From positions 35,132 through 99,131 of the IMG/VR virus record IMGVR_UViG_3300009376_001085: a stretch of DNA of 64,000 nt; one strand, written 5' to 3'. The number at the start of each line of letters is the position of its first letter. Within the stretch, counting starts at the first letter, position 1. The position numbers and the translations under genes were made by a program. The stretch is from a virus (Duplodnaviria > Caudoviricetes). The notes below the pieces were generated by a model. It was not told the DNA's origin. It searched no databases and was given only the letters and a program-made list of their open reading frames with translations. This document shows, piece after piece, positions 1 through 9,122 of this stretch.

Positions 1-2
1 AC

Positions 3-872
3 ATGAGTGCCGAAATAAAGCCTTGGGCCGGCGGTGAAAAGTATATAGATCCACGGGATGGTTTTTATTGGTTGTTTCATGAAGGTATATTAATGCTATA
101 TTCTACTGAGAATGAATATTATAGTTTTGTTGTATCTATGTTTCAAACAGCAAGCGAGGAAGAACAAGCAGTAGCAAAACGAAATATGCAAGATTTTCAT
201 AAATTGCCTCGCATTAAAGATGCACATAGTAAGATATCTAGTATGTGGAATCAATTAAGTGGTCTTGTTAACTTTCAAACTATGACACTTACAATATCCA
301 AAGAATCTGTCGGCAATGCAATGCGACAAAGATACATAGCAGATATAGCAACATTTAAACAAGCATTAAGCAGTTTGAAAAAATTTGGACTTACAGATGA
401 TTTTATTATAAAAGGGGCACCAACAGAAATACCTAAAACAGTAGGACAAGCATTACAAATGCGAGATTATGTACAAAAAACTTTTAAAGATAAAGATTTA
501 GTTATGTGGCACGGCACAAGTGAAGCACGATGGGAAATTATACAAAATAAAGGACTTCGACCAGGACATACAGGCGAAGCATATGTTGATTTAGTTCCAG
601 ATTATTCCGAACATAATGTATATCTTGCACATACACCCAAAGGAGCTCAATTTTATGCAAAACGACAAGCAAAAAAAGATAATTCAAAAGGTGTTGTTTT
701 AAAAGTACAAGTACCAGACCCAAGTAAAATAGTAGCAGATGATAGATATGCCCGTGGTTGGGAGGGCAAAATAATAGGATTTGATCCTAAACAAATTAAA
801 TCTAGTGTCAAAGAATTAGGAGAAGTAGGCTACAATGGCCGAATTCCGCCTAAATTTATAAGGAAAAAATAA
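3..872 (+). CDS. ADP-ribosyltransferase-fold protein (H-Y-Y type, PARP/Tpt1-like C-terminal domain); may extend upstream of the window
   Basis: C-terminal motifs MWHGTS...IQNKGLRP...VYLA...AQFYA...VVLKV resemble the NAD-binding strands of diphtheria-toxin-like ART folds. Confidence 0.55.
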   Translation: MSAEIKPWAGGEKYIDPRDGFYWLFHEGILMLYSTENEYYSFVVSMFQTASEEEQAVAKRNMQDFHKLPRIKDAHSKISSMWNQLSGLVNFQTMTLTISKESVGNAMRQRYIADIATFKQALSSLKKFGLTDDFIIKGAPTEIPKTVGQALQMRDYVQKTFKDKDLVMWHGTSEARWEIIQNKGLRPGHTGEAYVDLVPDYSEHNVYLAHTPKGAQFYAKRQAKKDNSKGVVLKVQVPDPSKIVADDRYARGWEGKIIGFDPKQIKSSVKELGEVGYNGRIPPKFIRKK

Positions 873-958
873 TGACAGAAGAAAAATGTTGCGAATGTAA
901 TAATTGCACTTGTGATCCATGCGAGTGTACACCGGAAGATCTTTGCGGGTGTGAATGA
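872..958 (+). CDS. 28-aa Cys-rich peptide MTEEKCCECNNCTCDPCECTPEDLCGCE (metallothionein-like); not in the ORF track
   Basis: Hand translation. ATG overlaps the upstream stop (TAATG), TGA overlaps the downstream start (ATGA), AGGA at 861-864; 9 Cys in CC/CxC/CxxC spacing. Confidence 0.75.
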   Translation: MTEEKCCECNNCTCDPCECTPEDLCGCE

Positions 959-1302
959 ACCTTCAACTACAAATAGTAGAAGATTTAAAGTTACATGATG
1001 ACGAAAATGTTAAACTAACACCGCATGATCTATTTTCTAATTATAGAAGCGGAAAAGGTCTTAGACTTTCAAAAGGTGGTTGCCGATTAATGCAAGACCT
1101 TTACGATAGTTATGAAATAAAAATAAAAAGTAAGAAACCAATTAGAACAAAAGATGTTGTTCTATTAGAAAAACATTTAACTTATCCATATTTTATAACA
1201 GAAAAAAAACTTATTTTATTCAGTGAAAAAGATACTGTAGATTTTAAATTATACGATGGCGATTTTCTCGCTTGGTGTAAATCTAAAAGGTACTATGAAT
1301 GA
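955..1302 (+). CDS. hypothetical protein
   Basis: 115-aa ORF coupled to both neighbours by ATGA overlaps. Confidence 0.7.
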   Translation: MNLQLQIVEDLKLHDDENVKLTPHDLFSNYRSGKGLRLSKGGCRLMQDLYDSYEIKIKSKKPIRTKDVVLLEKHLTYPYFITEKKLILFSEKDTVDFKLYDGDFLAWCKSKRYYE

Positions 1303-1976
1303 CAAACTTTTTACATTTATATAGATTTGGCGAATGGTTAAGTAAACAAGGCTTTAATGTCATTCATCCTATTAAACAAGCAGATGCATCTTGGATGCAA
1401 ATGTTAGGTATCGCATCCTCAAAAGAACTTAATATAATGATGGAACATTATTATCATTTTCAAGCACCAATTAAAGCATATTCTCCACGAGATGTTATAA
1501 AAAAATTACAAGATGGTATATCTGCATATGGATTACGAATAAACAGTAAATTAGATGTCAATAGTAAACGAACAGCAGAAAGCGAAAAAACAATTGATAT
1601 TTCATGGTATGATATGTATAGACATAAACATCTATGGTATAAAAATGTTTTAGATATAGGACCTGAATTAGAAGATGATATATTAAGTGAAGTTAGGTTT
1701 GCTACAAATTATTTTAACCAAACAGAACATTATTGTCCTGAGTGTGGTTGTATATGTTTAGACAGGGCAATGAAATCTAGAGTTAAGCCAAAATATCCTG
1801 ATAAGCCACCACTTCCACCTCCGCCAAAACCTCCTCCTCCTTTGGATGTACCTAAACGGCCGCCACGTACAGTTTATTATATAATTAATAATTTTGTATG
1901 TGAAAATTGTACATACAGTCGAGTTAGGAAACGTGAAAAGGATAAAGAAGAAATAATAGTTGAAGAAAAATTTTAA
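1299..1976 (+). CDS. hypothetical protein with C-terminal Zn-ribbon interrupted by a proline-rich stretch
   Basis: CPEC...CENC pairs flank PDKPPLPPPPKPPPPLDVPKRPP. Confidence 0.6.
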   Translation: MTNFLHLYRFGEWLSKQGFNVIHPIKQADASWMQMLGIASSKELNIMMEHYYHFQAPIKAYSPRDVIKKLQDGISAYGLRINSKLDVNSKRTAESEKTIDISWYDMYRHKHLWYKNVLDIGPELEDDILSEVRFATNYFNQTEHYCPECGCICLDRAMKSRVKPKYPDKPPLPPPPKPPPPLDVPKRPPRTVYYIINNFVCENCTYSRVRKREKDKEEIIVEEKF

Positions 1977-1978
1977 GG

Positions 1979-2007
1979 TTGACTTCGAGTCGCCTAGGTT
2001 GTATAAT
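1979..2007 (+). promoter_or_regulatory. sigma70-like promoter (TTGACT-17 nt-TATAAT) with shared TAGGTWG element
   Basis: -35 at 1979-1984, -10 at 2002-2007, intergenic; same architecture at 2994 and 5156. Confidence 0.8.
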
Positions 2008-2045
2008 ATTTGTATAACAGTTAAATACATTCCAAAAAAATCAAG

Positions 2046-2561
2046 ATGGCTGGATACGTAGAAATTACATTAAAAGATTTTAAAAAAGAAATTGAAGACG
2101 GAATGGGCTTCACTTGCATTAATGCCAACAAAGGTTCTCTTAATGATAGAGGTGGCATTGCCAATGAATATATTTTTGAACGTGTAGTAAAACACGAAAC
2201 ACCGGAAGATATGATGCAAGCCCTTAAAGGTGACGGGTTTAGATATGCAGTTCGTATATATTCTTCCATAGATAGAAATACAAATACTACTCGTGACATG
2301 GGCCAAGATGCAATTCGTGTTATATTATATGATTTGAAAAAAGAACGGCCTGTTAAGGTAGAAAAACGTGTTAATCGCACCCAAAATGCTTTGTCTAATA
2401 TGCGGGTACGAGCTAGAGAGATGTGGCAGTATGTTACAAGCGATAAAAATGTTTGTCCTACTTGCAAGAGCTTATTAGTTAAACGAACAGCCAAACGTAC
2501 AAAAAAGAATTTTTTAGGTTGTTCGAGCTATCCTGAATGTAAACATACACAAAACATATAA
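2046..2561 (+). CDS. protein with C-terminal topoisomerase-type C4 zinc finger
   Basis: CPTCKSLLVKR...FLGCSSYPEC fits the zf-C4 topoisomerase pattern. Confidence 0.7.
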   Translation: MAGYVEITLKDFKKEIEDGMGFTCINANKGSLNDRGGIANEYIFERVVKHETPEDMMQALKGDGFRYAVRIYSSIDRNTNTTRDMGQDAIRVILYDLKKERPVKVEKRVNRTQNALSNMRVRAREMWQYVTSDKNVCPTCKSLLVKRTAKRTKKNFLGCSSYPECKHTQNI

Positions 2562-2562
2562 T

Positions 2563-2778
2563 ATGCCAGCGAAATCAATTATACGAAACGAAATCAAAGG
2601 ATTCAAAGCACCTAAGCCGTGCAACCATTGTGGAAGTAGTAAATTGCTTTATACAGGGAGACTAACACAATCTTATCTTGGTGCTAATTGTTCCGGAAGG
2701 CATTTTTGGGGCAAACCATATTTGCCTACTGTAAATTGTACTGACTGTGGCCATGGTTATCAATTTAAAGGAATATGA
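2563..2778 (+). CDS. small Zn-ribbon protein
   Basis: CNHC...CTDC. Confidence 0.55.
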   Translation: MPAKSIIRNEIKGFKAPKPCNHCGSSKLLYTGRLTQSYLGANCSGRHFWGKPYLPTVNCTDCGHGYQFKGI

Positions 2779-2984
2779 TCTGCACACATTGTTGGGCGAC
2801 GTCAATTAAACCATACAAAGATGTTAGTAAACATTGGAACAATCCAGAAGATTCAGTTTATGTATGTTCAGAAGAATGTTATAAAGAATTAATGCAATCA
2901 TTAAAAGACGGCACATGGATGCAATGGAATTCTAAACAAAAAGCAAATGTGCCTAAAAAATCTGCATTAGATAAAAAAAAGTAG
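2775..2984 (+). CDS. small putative metal-binding protein
   Basis: CTHC...CSEEC; ATGA overlap with the upstream gene. Confidence 0.55.
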   Translation: MICTHCWATSIKPYKDVSKHWNNPEDSVYVCSEECYKELMQSLKDGTWMQWNSKQKANVPKKSALDKKK

Positions 2985-2993
2985 AAAAAAAGG

Positions 2994-3022
2994 TTGACTT
3001 TTATGTTGGTAGGTAGTATAAT
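2994..3022 (+). promoter_or_regulatory. sigma70-like promoter (TTGACT-17 nt-TATAAT) upstream of the MoxR ATPase
   Basis: -35 at 2994-2999, -10 at 3017-3022, A-tract immediately upstream. Confidence 0.8.
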
Positions 3023-3067
3023 TATTATATTAAATAAAACATTGTTAACTCAAACGAGAGGCGTCAA

Positions 3068-4168
3068 ATGGCAATGCAAGTAACAGAGACAAGGACAGTA
3101 AACATAAACGAAGCAAATCGTTTAGTCCGCAGGGCAATTAAGCGTAAACGCCCGGTAATGATTTGGGGAGCACCAGGCATTGGCAAGAGTGACTTAGTTG
3201 CTCAACTTGCCAAAGCATTAAACAGAGTGCTAATTGATATTAGACTTCCACTATGGGAACCCACTGACATTAAGGGTATGCCCTACTACAATGCCAAAAG
3301 TGGCAAAATGGAATGGTCAGTTCCAGCAGAATTTCCTACCGATCCAGACTCCACTGCAATTATATTTTTAGACGAAATTAACGGAGCGGCTCCTAGTGTA
3401 CAGGCGGCGGCTTATCAGTTGATCCTTAACAGGCGTGTAGGACAATATGTTCTTCCAGAAGGTGTTGTTATTATAGCGGCAGGGAACAGGGAAACTGATA
3501 AAGGAGTAACTTATAGAATGCCTAAGCCGTTGGCTAACAGGTTCGTTCACATGGAACTCCGTGTTGATTTTACTTGCTGGCAGAACTGGGCAATCCAAAA
3601 TAAAATCCATCCAGACGTAGTAGGTTACTTGAACTTCAGTAAGAAGGACTTGTACGATTTTGATGCTACTAGCGATAGTAAGGCATTTGCAACTCCTAGA
3701 AGCTGGCAGTTTGTTAGCGAACTTGTTGAAGACCAGGAAGATGATGTTGATTTGGGCGAAACGCTCGAAACTGACATGGTTGCTGGTTGTGTTGGAGAAG
3801 GCATTGCAATTAAGTTTAAAACACACCGCGACATGCGTGGTAAACTTCCTAATCCAAGCGATATACTTTCCGGTAAGGTAACTAGCCTACCAGAATGCGA
3901 AGTATCCGCTCAGTATTCACTGACAACTTCAATGTGTTACGAACTCAAAGAAGCCGCAGATCGTTTTGAGAAGCATAACCAAATGGACAAGTTCCATAGC
4001 ATGGCGGAAAACTTCCTAGGGTTTATGATGGATAATTTTAACACTGAAATGGTAATTTATGGTGCAAGGTTGGCACTTAAAAATTACGAATTACCGTTCG
4101 ATCACAAAAAACTTAAGAACTTTGGTAAGTTCTTTGAAAGGTTTGGTAAGTTGATTATTGACGCCTAA
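3068..4168 (+). CDS. MoxR-type AAA+ ATPase
   Basis: Walker A GAPGIGKS, Walker B IIFLDEIN, AAGN sensor, PLANRF arginine finger, TPRSW; GAGG RBS. Confidence 0.9.
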   Translation: MAMQVTETRTVNINEANRLVRRAIKRKRPVMIWGAPGIGKSDLVAQLAKALNRVLIDIRLPLWEPTDIKGMPYYNAKSGKMEWSVPAEFPTDPDSTAIIFLDEINGAAPSVQAAAYQLILNRRVGQYVLPEGVVIIAAGNRETDKGVTYRMPKPLANRFVHMELRVDFTCWQNWAIQNKIHPDVVGYLNFSKKDLYDFDATSDSKAFATPRSWQFVSELVEDQEDDVDLGETLETDMVAGCVGEGIAIKFKTHRDMRGKLPNPSDILSGKVTSLPECEVSAQYSLTTSMCYELKEAADRFEKHNQMDKFHSMAENFLGFMMDNFNTEMVIYGARLALKNYELPFDHKKLKNFGKFFERFGKLIIDA

Positions 4169-4179
4169 TCAACTTGCAT

Positions 4180-4220
4180 AAGGTGCCGGTGTACCTAACT
4201 TGGAGCCGGCACCTTTTTTT
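4180..4220 (+). terminator. intrinsic terminator after the ATPase gene
   Basis: Stem AAGGTGCCGG (4180-4189) / CCGGCACCTT (4206-4215) running into a T-tract. Confidence 0.75.
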
Positions 4221-4233
4221 ATCAGGAAAATTT

Positions 4234-4824
4234 ATGGATATAATGAGACCGTTCGGTCCTACTATTACAAGAACATATTTAGATGATGATATTTACGATA
4301 AATTTATAGACCTTACTGATAATATTTTATTAGATATTAATAGAGAAAATGTAGGACATAAACTAGCAGGAAAAATAAAAGAACAAATAGATATACCACT
4401 TTATACATTAGTAGAATACGGATTAAAAGAATTTTTATTAGACTCAGTTAATTTTTATTTAGATACAGTATTTCAAAGTTTAGCAAATGATCCTCCAAAA
4501 CGAAACTTAGAATTAATAACATGTTGGTTTAATAGTATGTTCAAAAATGAATGGAATCCTATTCATGTGCATAGTACAGATGTTTCGGCTGTAATAGTAT
4601 TAAAGGTGCCTAAGGAATTAAAAGAAGACGAAGGTACTTTATCTTTTACTAACGGGTCTTATAGAATAGTACCGGAATTAGAACATAGTACACAAATATT
4701 TTTACCACGTGAAAAACATTTTTATTTGTTTCCGGCACGATTACATCATGCAGTAAATCCGTTTACTTGCGAAGGTGAACGTAGAACAGTTTCTTTTAAT
4801 ACAAATTGTAATTATAGTATGTAA
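4234..4824 (+). CDS. putative 2OG-Fe(II) oxygenase
   Basis: WFN...NPIHVH...SAVIVLKVP...FPARLHHAVNPF...ERRTVSFN; start moved to ATG 4234 (AGGA RBS, downstream of the terminator). Confidence 0.7.
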   Translation: MDIMRPFGPTITRTYLDDDIYDKFIDLTDNILLDINRENVGHKLAGKIKEQIDIPLYTLVEYGLKEFLLDSVNFYLDTVFQSLANDPPKRNLELITCWFNSMFKNEWNPIHVHSTDVSAVIVLKVPKELKEDEGTLSFTNGSYRIVPELEHSTQIFLPREKHFYLFPARLHHAVNPFTCEGERRTVSFNTNCNYSM

Positions 4825-5159
4825 TGAATGATGATGTTAAAAAAGATAATTGGGGGAGATCTAAACGAACTATTTGGCGGCTCTATGGTAAAGAACGATG
4901 TATTAAAGAATGGGGAAATACATTACCTAGCCCGGCTGATATACAAGAATATAAAGAAAATTGGTCTAAGAAGGCATTAGAGAAAAAACAATATTTTAAA
5001 TGTACTCCAAAAGCAAACTCAACAAAGGTATCTAAATGGTTAAAAAATTATGGGGTAAATAAATTAGACTACAATAATGTGTATAAAGACACAATTATCG
5101 TACGAGATCAGCAGGTATTTGTCATATTAAAATTGCATTTTTTTGAAGGAAATGGTTGA
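4824..5159 (+). CDS. hypothetical protein
   Basis: 111-aa ORF, TAATG coupling. Confidence 0.65.
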   Translation: MNDDVKKDNWGRSKRTIWRLYGKERCIKEWGNTLPSPADIQEYKENWSKKALEKKQYFKCTPKANSTKVSKWLKNYGVNKLDYNNVYKDTIIVRDQQVFVILKLHFFEGNG

Positions 5160-5184
5160 CCTTTTGGTATGTAGGTAGTATAAT
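5156..5184 (+). promoter_or_regulatory. sigma70-like promoter (TTGACC-17 nt-TATAAT) upstream of the VWA/peptidase gene
   Basis: -35 at 5156-5161, -10 at 5179-5184; shares GTAGGTAGTATAAT with the 2994 promoter. Confidence 0.8.
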
Positions 5185-5215
5185 AGTTGTATGATGAATA
5201 AGAAATGGAGCCAAA

Positions 5216-6583
5216 ATGATTAGAAAAAATACATTTTTTTATCAGCCAGGACCAACCGGTGGTACATGGAACCAAGGTGGTAAAGGTACAGTTCCTAGTC
5301 CACAATTAGATTTATCAGAATTAGACAAAGAAGAAGGAAAAGTTCAAGCAGAAAGGCTTATGATGGGGCGAGTAAGACTGCTCCTTAATAAACCTTTTTT
5401 TGGTAACTTAGCAACTAGATTAGTTCCAGTTCCTACCTACAAAGTTCCTACCGCAGGTACAGACGGTAGACGATTTTTTTACAATCCAGCATTTTTAAAG
5501 CATTTGACAGACAACGAAATACTTTTCCTTTGTGGGCACGAAGTACTTCATTGTGTGTTTGATCACTTTGGAAGAAGAGAAGGACGTAATCCTGCATTAT
5601 ACAATATGGCAGGCGATTATGTAATTAATATTATATTAGCCGACGAACAAGTAGGTGATGTAATTACAACGGTTCCAATTTTACTTGATTACAAATACAG
5701 AGGCTGGACTAGCGAAGAAGTATATGATGACTTAGAAAAAAATTGTCCTAATCCAAAGCAAACTTTAGATTTCCATTTTGATATGGATGGAAAAGGTGAA
5801 GGAGATGCAACACAAGGTCAGGGACAAGGCCAAGGTGAAGACGAAGACGAAGGTGGTAATATACAAGCCGATCTCCAAGATGAATTTGGTGGAGGAGAAT
5901 TAACAGATGAAGAAAAGAAAGCCCTTAAAGACGAGCTCAAAGAAGCAGTTATAGAAGCCGCACAACAAGCAGGAGCAGGAAATGTTCCAGGCGGTATTGA
6001 GCGATTGATTAAAGAATGGACCGAACCTAAGATGGATTGGCGTTCAGTTATTAGGGCACAGGTTGAATCAAGTTTAAAAGACGATTATACATTTATGAGG
6101 CCTTCACGTAAATCACATTCAACTAATTGCATACTTCCAGGAATGGATAGAGCAGAAAAAATTGAAGTTGCATGTGGAATTGATTTAAGTGGATCAATAG
6201 GCCAACAACAGGCAAATGATTTTTTAAGTGAAGTAAGAGGAATTTTAGATCAGTATGAAGACTTCAAATTGGATGTTTGGTGCTTTGATACAGAGATTTA
6301 TAATCATAAAGTTTTTACTCCGGACAATGCAGATGACATTGACAAATATGAATTAATGGGCGGAGGCGGAACATCCTTTGAAGTAAATTGGACTTACATG
6401 AAGGAGAATGAAATTGAGCCAAAACAGTTCATTATGTTTACTGACGGCTTCCCTTGCGGTGGTTGGGGTGACAACGAATATTGCGATACTGTTTTCCTTA
6501 TACATGGCAATCAAACTACTACAGCACCTTTTGGTATAACAGTACACTACGAAGAACCAAAGGTCATAAAAGAAGCGGCGTGA
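5216..6583 (+). CDS. HExxH metallopeptidase plus VWA domain protein (DUF2201-like), MoxR partner
   Basis: TAGTDG, HEVLH, acidic Gly/Gln linker, MIDAS DLSGS, GGGGT, FTDG; GGAG RBS. Confidence 0.85.
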   Translation: MIRKNTFFYQPGPTGGTWNQGGKGTVPSPQLDLSELDKEEGKVQAERLMMGRVRLLLNKPFFGNLATRLVPVPTYKVPTAGTDGRRFFYNPAFLKHLTDNEILFLCGHEVLHCVFDHFGRREGRNPALYNMAGDYVINIILADEQVGDVITTVPILLDYKYRGWTSEEVYDDLEKNCPNPKQTLDFHFDMDGKGEGDATQGQGQGQGEDEDEGGNIQADLQDEFGGGELTDEEKKALKDELKEAVIEAAQQAGAGNVPGGIERLIKEWTEPKMDWRSVIRAQVESSLKDDYTFMRPSRKSHSTNCILPGMDRAEKIEVACGIDLSGSIGQQQANDFLSEVRGILDQYEDFKLDVWCFDTEIYNHKVFTPDNADDIDKYELMGGGGTSFEVNWTYMKENEIEPKQFIMFTDGFPCGGWGDNEYCDTVFLIHGNQTTTAPFGITVHYEEPKVIKEAA

Positions 6584-6921
6584 GTTTGAATAATGCATTT
6601 TTAAAAAGGATGTTAGACGGATTGCAAGTTCAATATAACCCAACACTGACAAGGGCAGATTTAGAATTATTAGACAAGAAAATCCTATTACAAATGATGC
6701 GTAATAGGATTGTTCTTGCCTTCAATAAACCACCTATGTGGAATAGATTTGGTTTGGATAAAATCCAAGGAATGTATTATGTAGATAGACTTGATAAAGA
6801 TAGTACACATGGATGGTCAACTGGCGAAAGTGATAAAATTTATCACTTTTGGTTTGAGTTGCCTAGGGATAGAGATAATTTTTTACAAAATATAGCAGAA
6901 TTAAAACTAACACACTCATAA
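6580..6921 (+). CDS. hypothetical protein
   Basis: ORF track 6481-6921; likely GTG start at 6580 overlapping the upstream TGA. Confidence 0.6.
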   Translation: MSLNNAFLKRMLDGLQVQYNPTLTRADLELLDKKILLQMMRNRIVLAFNKPPMWNRFGLDKIQGMYYVDRLDKDSTHGWSTGESDKIYHFWFELPRDRDNFLQNIAELKLTHS

Positions 6922-6962
6922 GGTGATAAATAAATTAAAGCATACTTTAATAAAGGAGTACA

Positions 6963-7265
6963 ATGGCAGAACAACCAGACACGCCTCAGGCAACAGAAGA
7001 GGCGGGTAATCTTACTATTGCAGATCTACAAACAATTTCAAATATTATAGATATTGCAATGACACGAGGAGCATTTCGTGCAAACGAAGCAAAAACAGTA
7101 GGTGAATCGTATGAAAAAATTAATGCATTCTTGCAAACGGTTCAGCAGACTGCCGCAGAGCAGGCTCAACAACCACAACAAGCTCAGCAAGTAGCACCTA
7201 CCGATTTACCCCCCGGTGATGCCGGCAATACAGCCGCAGACGCCATAGCAGAAAAAAATAGTTAA
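6963..7265 (+). CDS. hypothetical phage protein
   Basis: Strong AAGGAG RBS; 100 aa, Gln/Ala-rich tail. Confidence 0.75.
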   Translation: MAEQPDTPQATEEAGNLTIADLQTISNIIDIAMTRGAFRANEAKTVGESYEKINAFLQTVQQTAAEQAQQPQQAQQVAPTDLPPGDAGNTAADAIAEKNS

Positions 7266-7275
7266 TAGGAGGAAA

Positions 7276-7893
7276 ATGCCTTTTACAAAACATGTTGGGA
7301 GAATAGTATCTACCCAACAGAGAGTTGTTGTTGTGTTTAGACAAATACCTGAAGAACCAGATAATTGTCTTTTAGTCGATGTCGAAGGATTAGATAACGA
7401 CATGCATAACGATTTAATGAACGAAGTTGAATCAATACAGGCACAAGAACAAGACGATTTTGCAAATCATGCTCACACTCATTTTTTTAGAGATGGGCGA
7501 AAAATGTTAGAAACACTTCATAACGAAAATAAGTTTATTAAATTAGAAACTAATAAAGTTATGATGACACCAGATGCTAATACAAACATTAGATTAGATG
7601 AACTTAATAAACAGTTAGAGGCTATAAAAGCAAATCCTAATATGACTGAAGATCAATTTAATCAAATAACTAATATTAACACTGATGAAGTAACAGTTGG
7701 GGACGAATTAAAACCGGCAACGGTTACAACAAAAGAAGATGGTGTTTTAGATGATTTTTCACTCGCCAAAGGATACGTAACTCAAGCAGAAGGAATGGAA
7801 GCTGAAGCAAAAAGGCTCAGAGAGCAAGCATATGATTTAGTTCCTAGAAGAAAGTTCAATGATATGCGAAAAAAAGAAAATGCCGTTAGTTGA
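7276..7893 (+). CDS. hypothetical phage protein
   Basis: AGGAGG RBS; 205-aa ORF. Confidence 0.75.
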   Translation: MPFTKHVGRIVSTQQRVVVVFRQIPEEPDNCLLVDVEGLDNDMHNDLMNEVESIQAQEQDDFANHAHTHFFRDGRKMLETLHNENKFIKLETNKVMMTPDANTNIRLDELNKQLEAIKANPNMTEDQFNQITNINTDEVTVGDELKPATVTTKEDGVLDDFSLAKGYVTQAEGMEAEAKRLREQAYDLVPRRKFNDMRKKENAVS

Positions 7894-8224
7894 CGTGGCT
7901 ATAAAATTACCAAAAAATCATACTGACAAAACATTTGAAAAAATTTTAGATGATGTAGAAATAGGTGCAATACCTACTAAATTTATTTTAGAACTACACA
8001 TAAAATTGAATAATGGCCAGACAATAAAAGTTGGTCAAGAATTTTTAAAAAGAGTTAAAACAACCGAAAGTATTTTCGAGGATACCGAGTTGCAACAATT
8101 TGAAGACCAAGTTGTTGATATAGACATTTATATGAATATAGATCTACTTAAAGGTACTGTATATAAAAATGTTGGACGAATACTAGCCAAATATTTCAAC
8201 GATGAAGATACGAAATCTTCTTAA
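7880..8224 (+). CDS. hypothetical protein
   Basis: ORF track 7859-8224; likely start MPLVDV at 7880. Confidence 0.65.
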   Translation: MPLVDVAIKLPKNHTDKTFEKILDDVEIGAIPTKFILELHIKLNNGQTIKVGQEFLKRVKTTESIFEDTELQQFEDQVVDIDIYMNIDLLKGTVYKNVGRILAKYFNDEDTKSS

Positions 8225-9122
8225 AAAACAATACGATGAATCTAAACCTTTAGAAAAACAAGAACAAGAAAAAGATTTACTTCGACAACAAAGTTCACAT
8301 TGGTTTCCTAAAGATCCTCACTTACCCATTGCCTTGCCTCTTGGCGTAAACTTCGAAACAGAATGTTCAGTTGATCCGTTGCCAGGTGCCCCACCTAATA
8401 TGCAACGATATGGATTAATGTATAATGAACAAAATCAAAACATTGAGCCAACCGATGACTTAACTTATGATTTAAATAATCACGGATTTCGTTGCCGACC
8501 ATTCGAAGATATAGATCATAGAAAACAACAAATATTAGCAATAGGATGTTCATTTACATTTGGTATTGGCCTAAAGCAAGAGCATTTATGGCACGATCAT
8601 TTACGGTTAGCATTTTCCGACGAAACAACCCAGATATGGAATATAGGAGTTCCAGGATATTCAAATGATGCTATTACTAGATTAATATGGCGATTTTTAG
8701 AATATATAAGACCTACTATTATATTTGTACAATGGACACATTTTCATAGACGAGAATATGTTCGTGATGATAATTCCATATGGAGAATTTTAACAAATAA
8801 TCCTAGGTATTGGAATGATGGTTCTGATGCATATAAAGCATTTTTTATGATGCATAATGATTTTTATGATCAGTATAATTTTGAGAAGAACTTATCATTA
8901 ATATCAAATATTGCGAAGGCATATCGTATTATATTTGAATATGATACTATAAACAATTTTCCGACTATAGATTATGCCAGAGATAATGAACATCCTGGCC
9001 CTGATTCACATAAATTATTTGCCGTTCAAATGTATAACCAATATTTAAATCAAGTAATTTATGATGATGAAGAAAAAAACAAATTTTTAGAAGATTTCTT
9101 AAACAAAATAGATGAAAAATGA
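8202..9122 (+). CDS. SGNH/GDSL-like protein
   Basis: NNHGFR, AIGCSFTFG (block I-like), NIGVPG, RDNEHPG (DxxH). Confidence 0.6.
   Translation: MKIRNLLKKQYDESKPLEKQEQEKDLLRQQSSHWFPKDPHLPIALPLGVNFETECSVDPLPGAPPNMQRYGLMYNEQNQNIEPTDDLTYDLNNHGFRCRPFEDIDHRKQQILAIGCSFTFGIGLKQEHLWHDHLRLAFSDETTQIWNIGVPGYSNDAITRLIWRFLEYIRPTIIFVQWTHFHRREYVRDDNSIWRILTNNPRYWNDGSDAYKAFFMMHNDFYDQYNFEKNLSLISNIAKAYRIIFEYDTINNFPTIDYARDNEHPGPDSHKLFAVQMYNQYLNQVIYDDEEKNKFLEDFLNKIDEK

Noticed and set aside
4174-4233. TTG start of the 4174-4824 ORF
   Set aside because: It runs through the terminator hairpin; ATG 4234 has an AGGA RBS
5810-5850. QGQGQGQG-encoding repeat in the VWA/peptidase gene
   Set aside because: Ordinary low-complexity linker for this protein family
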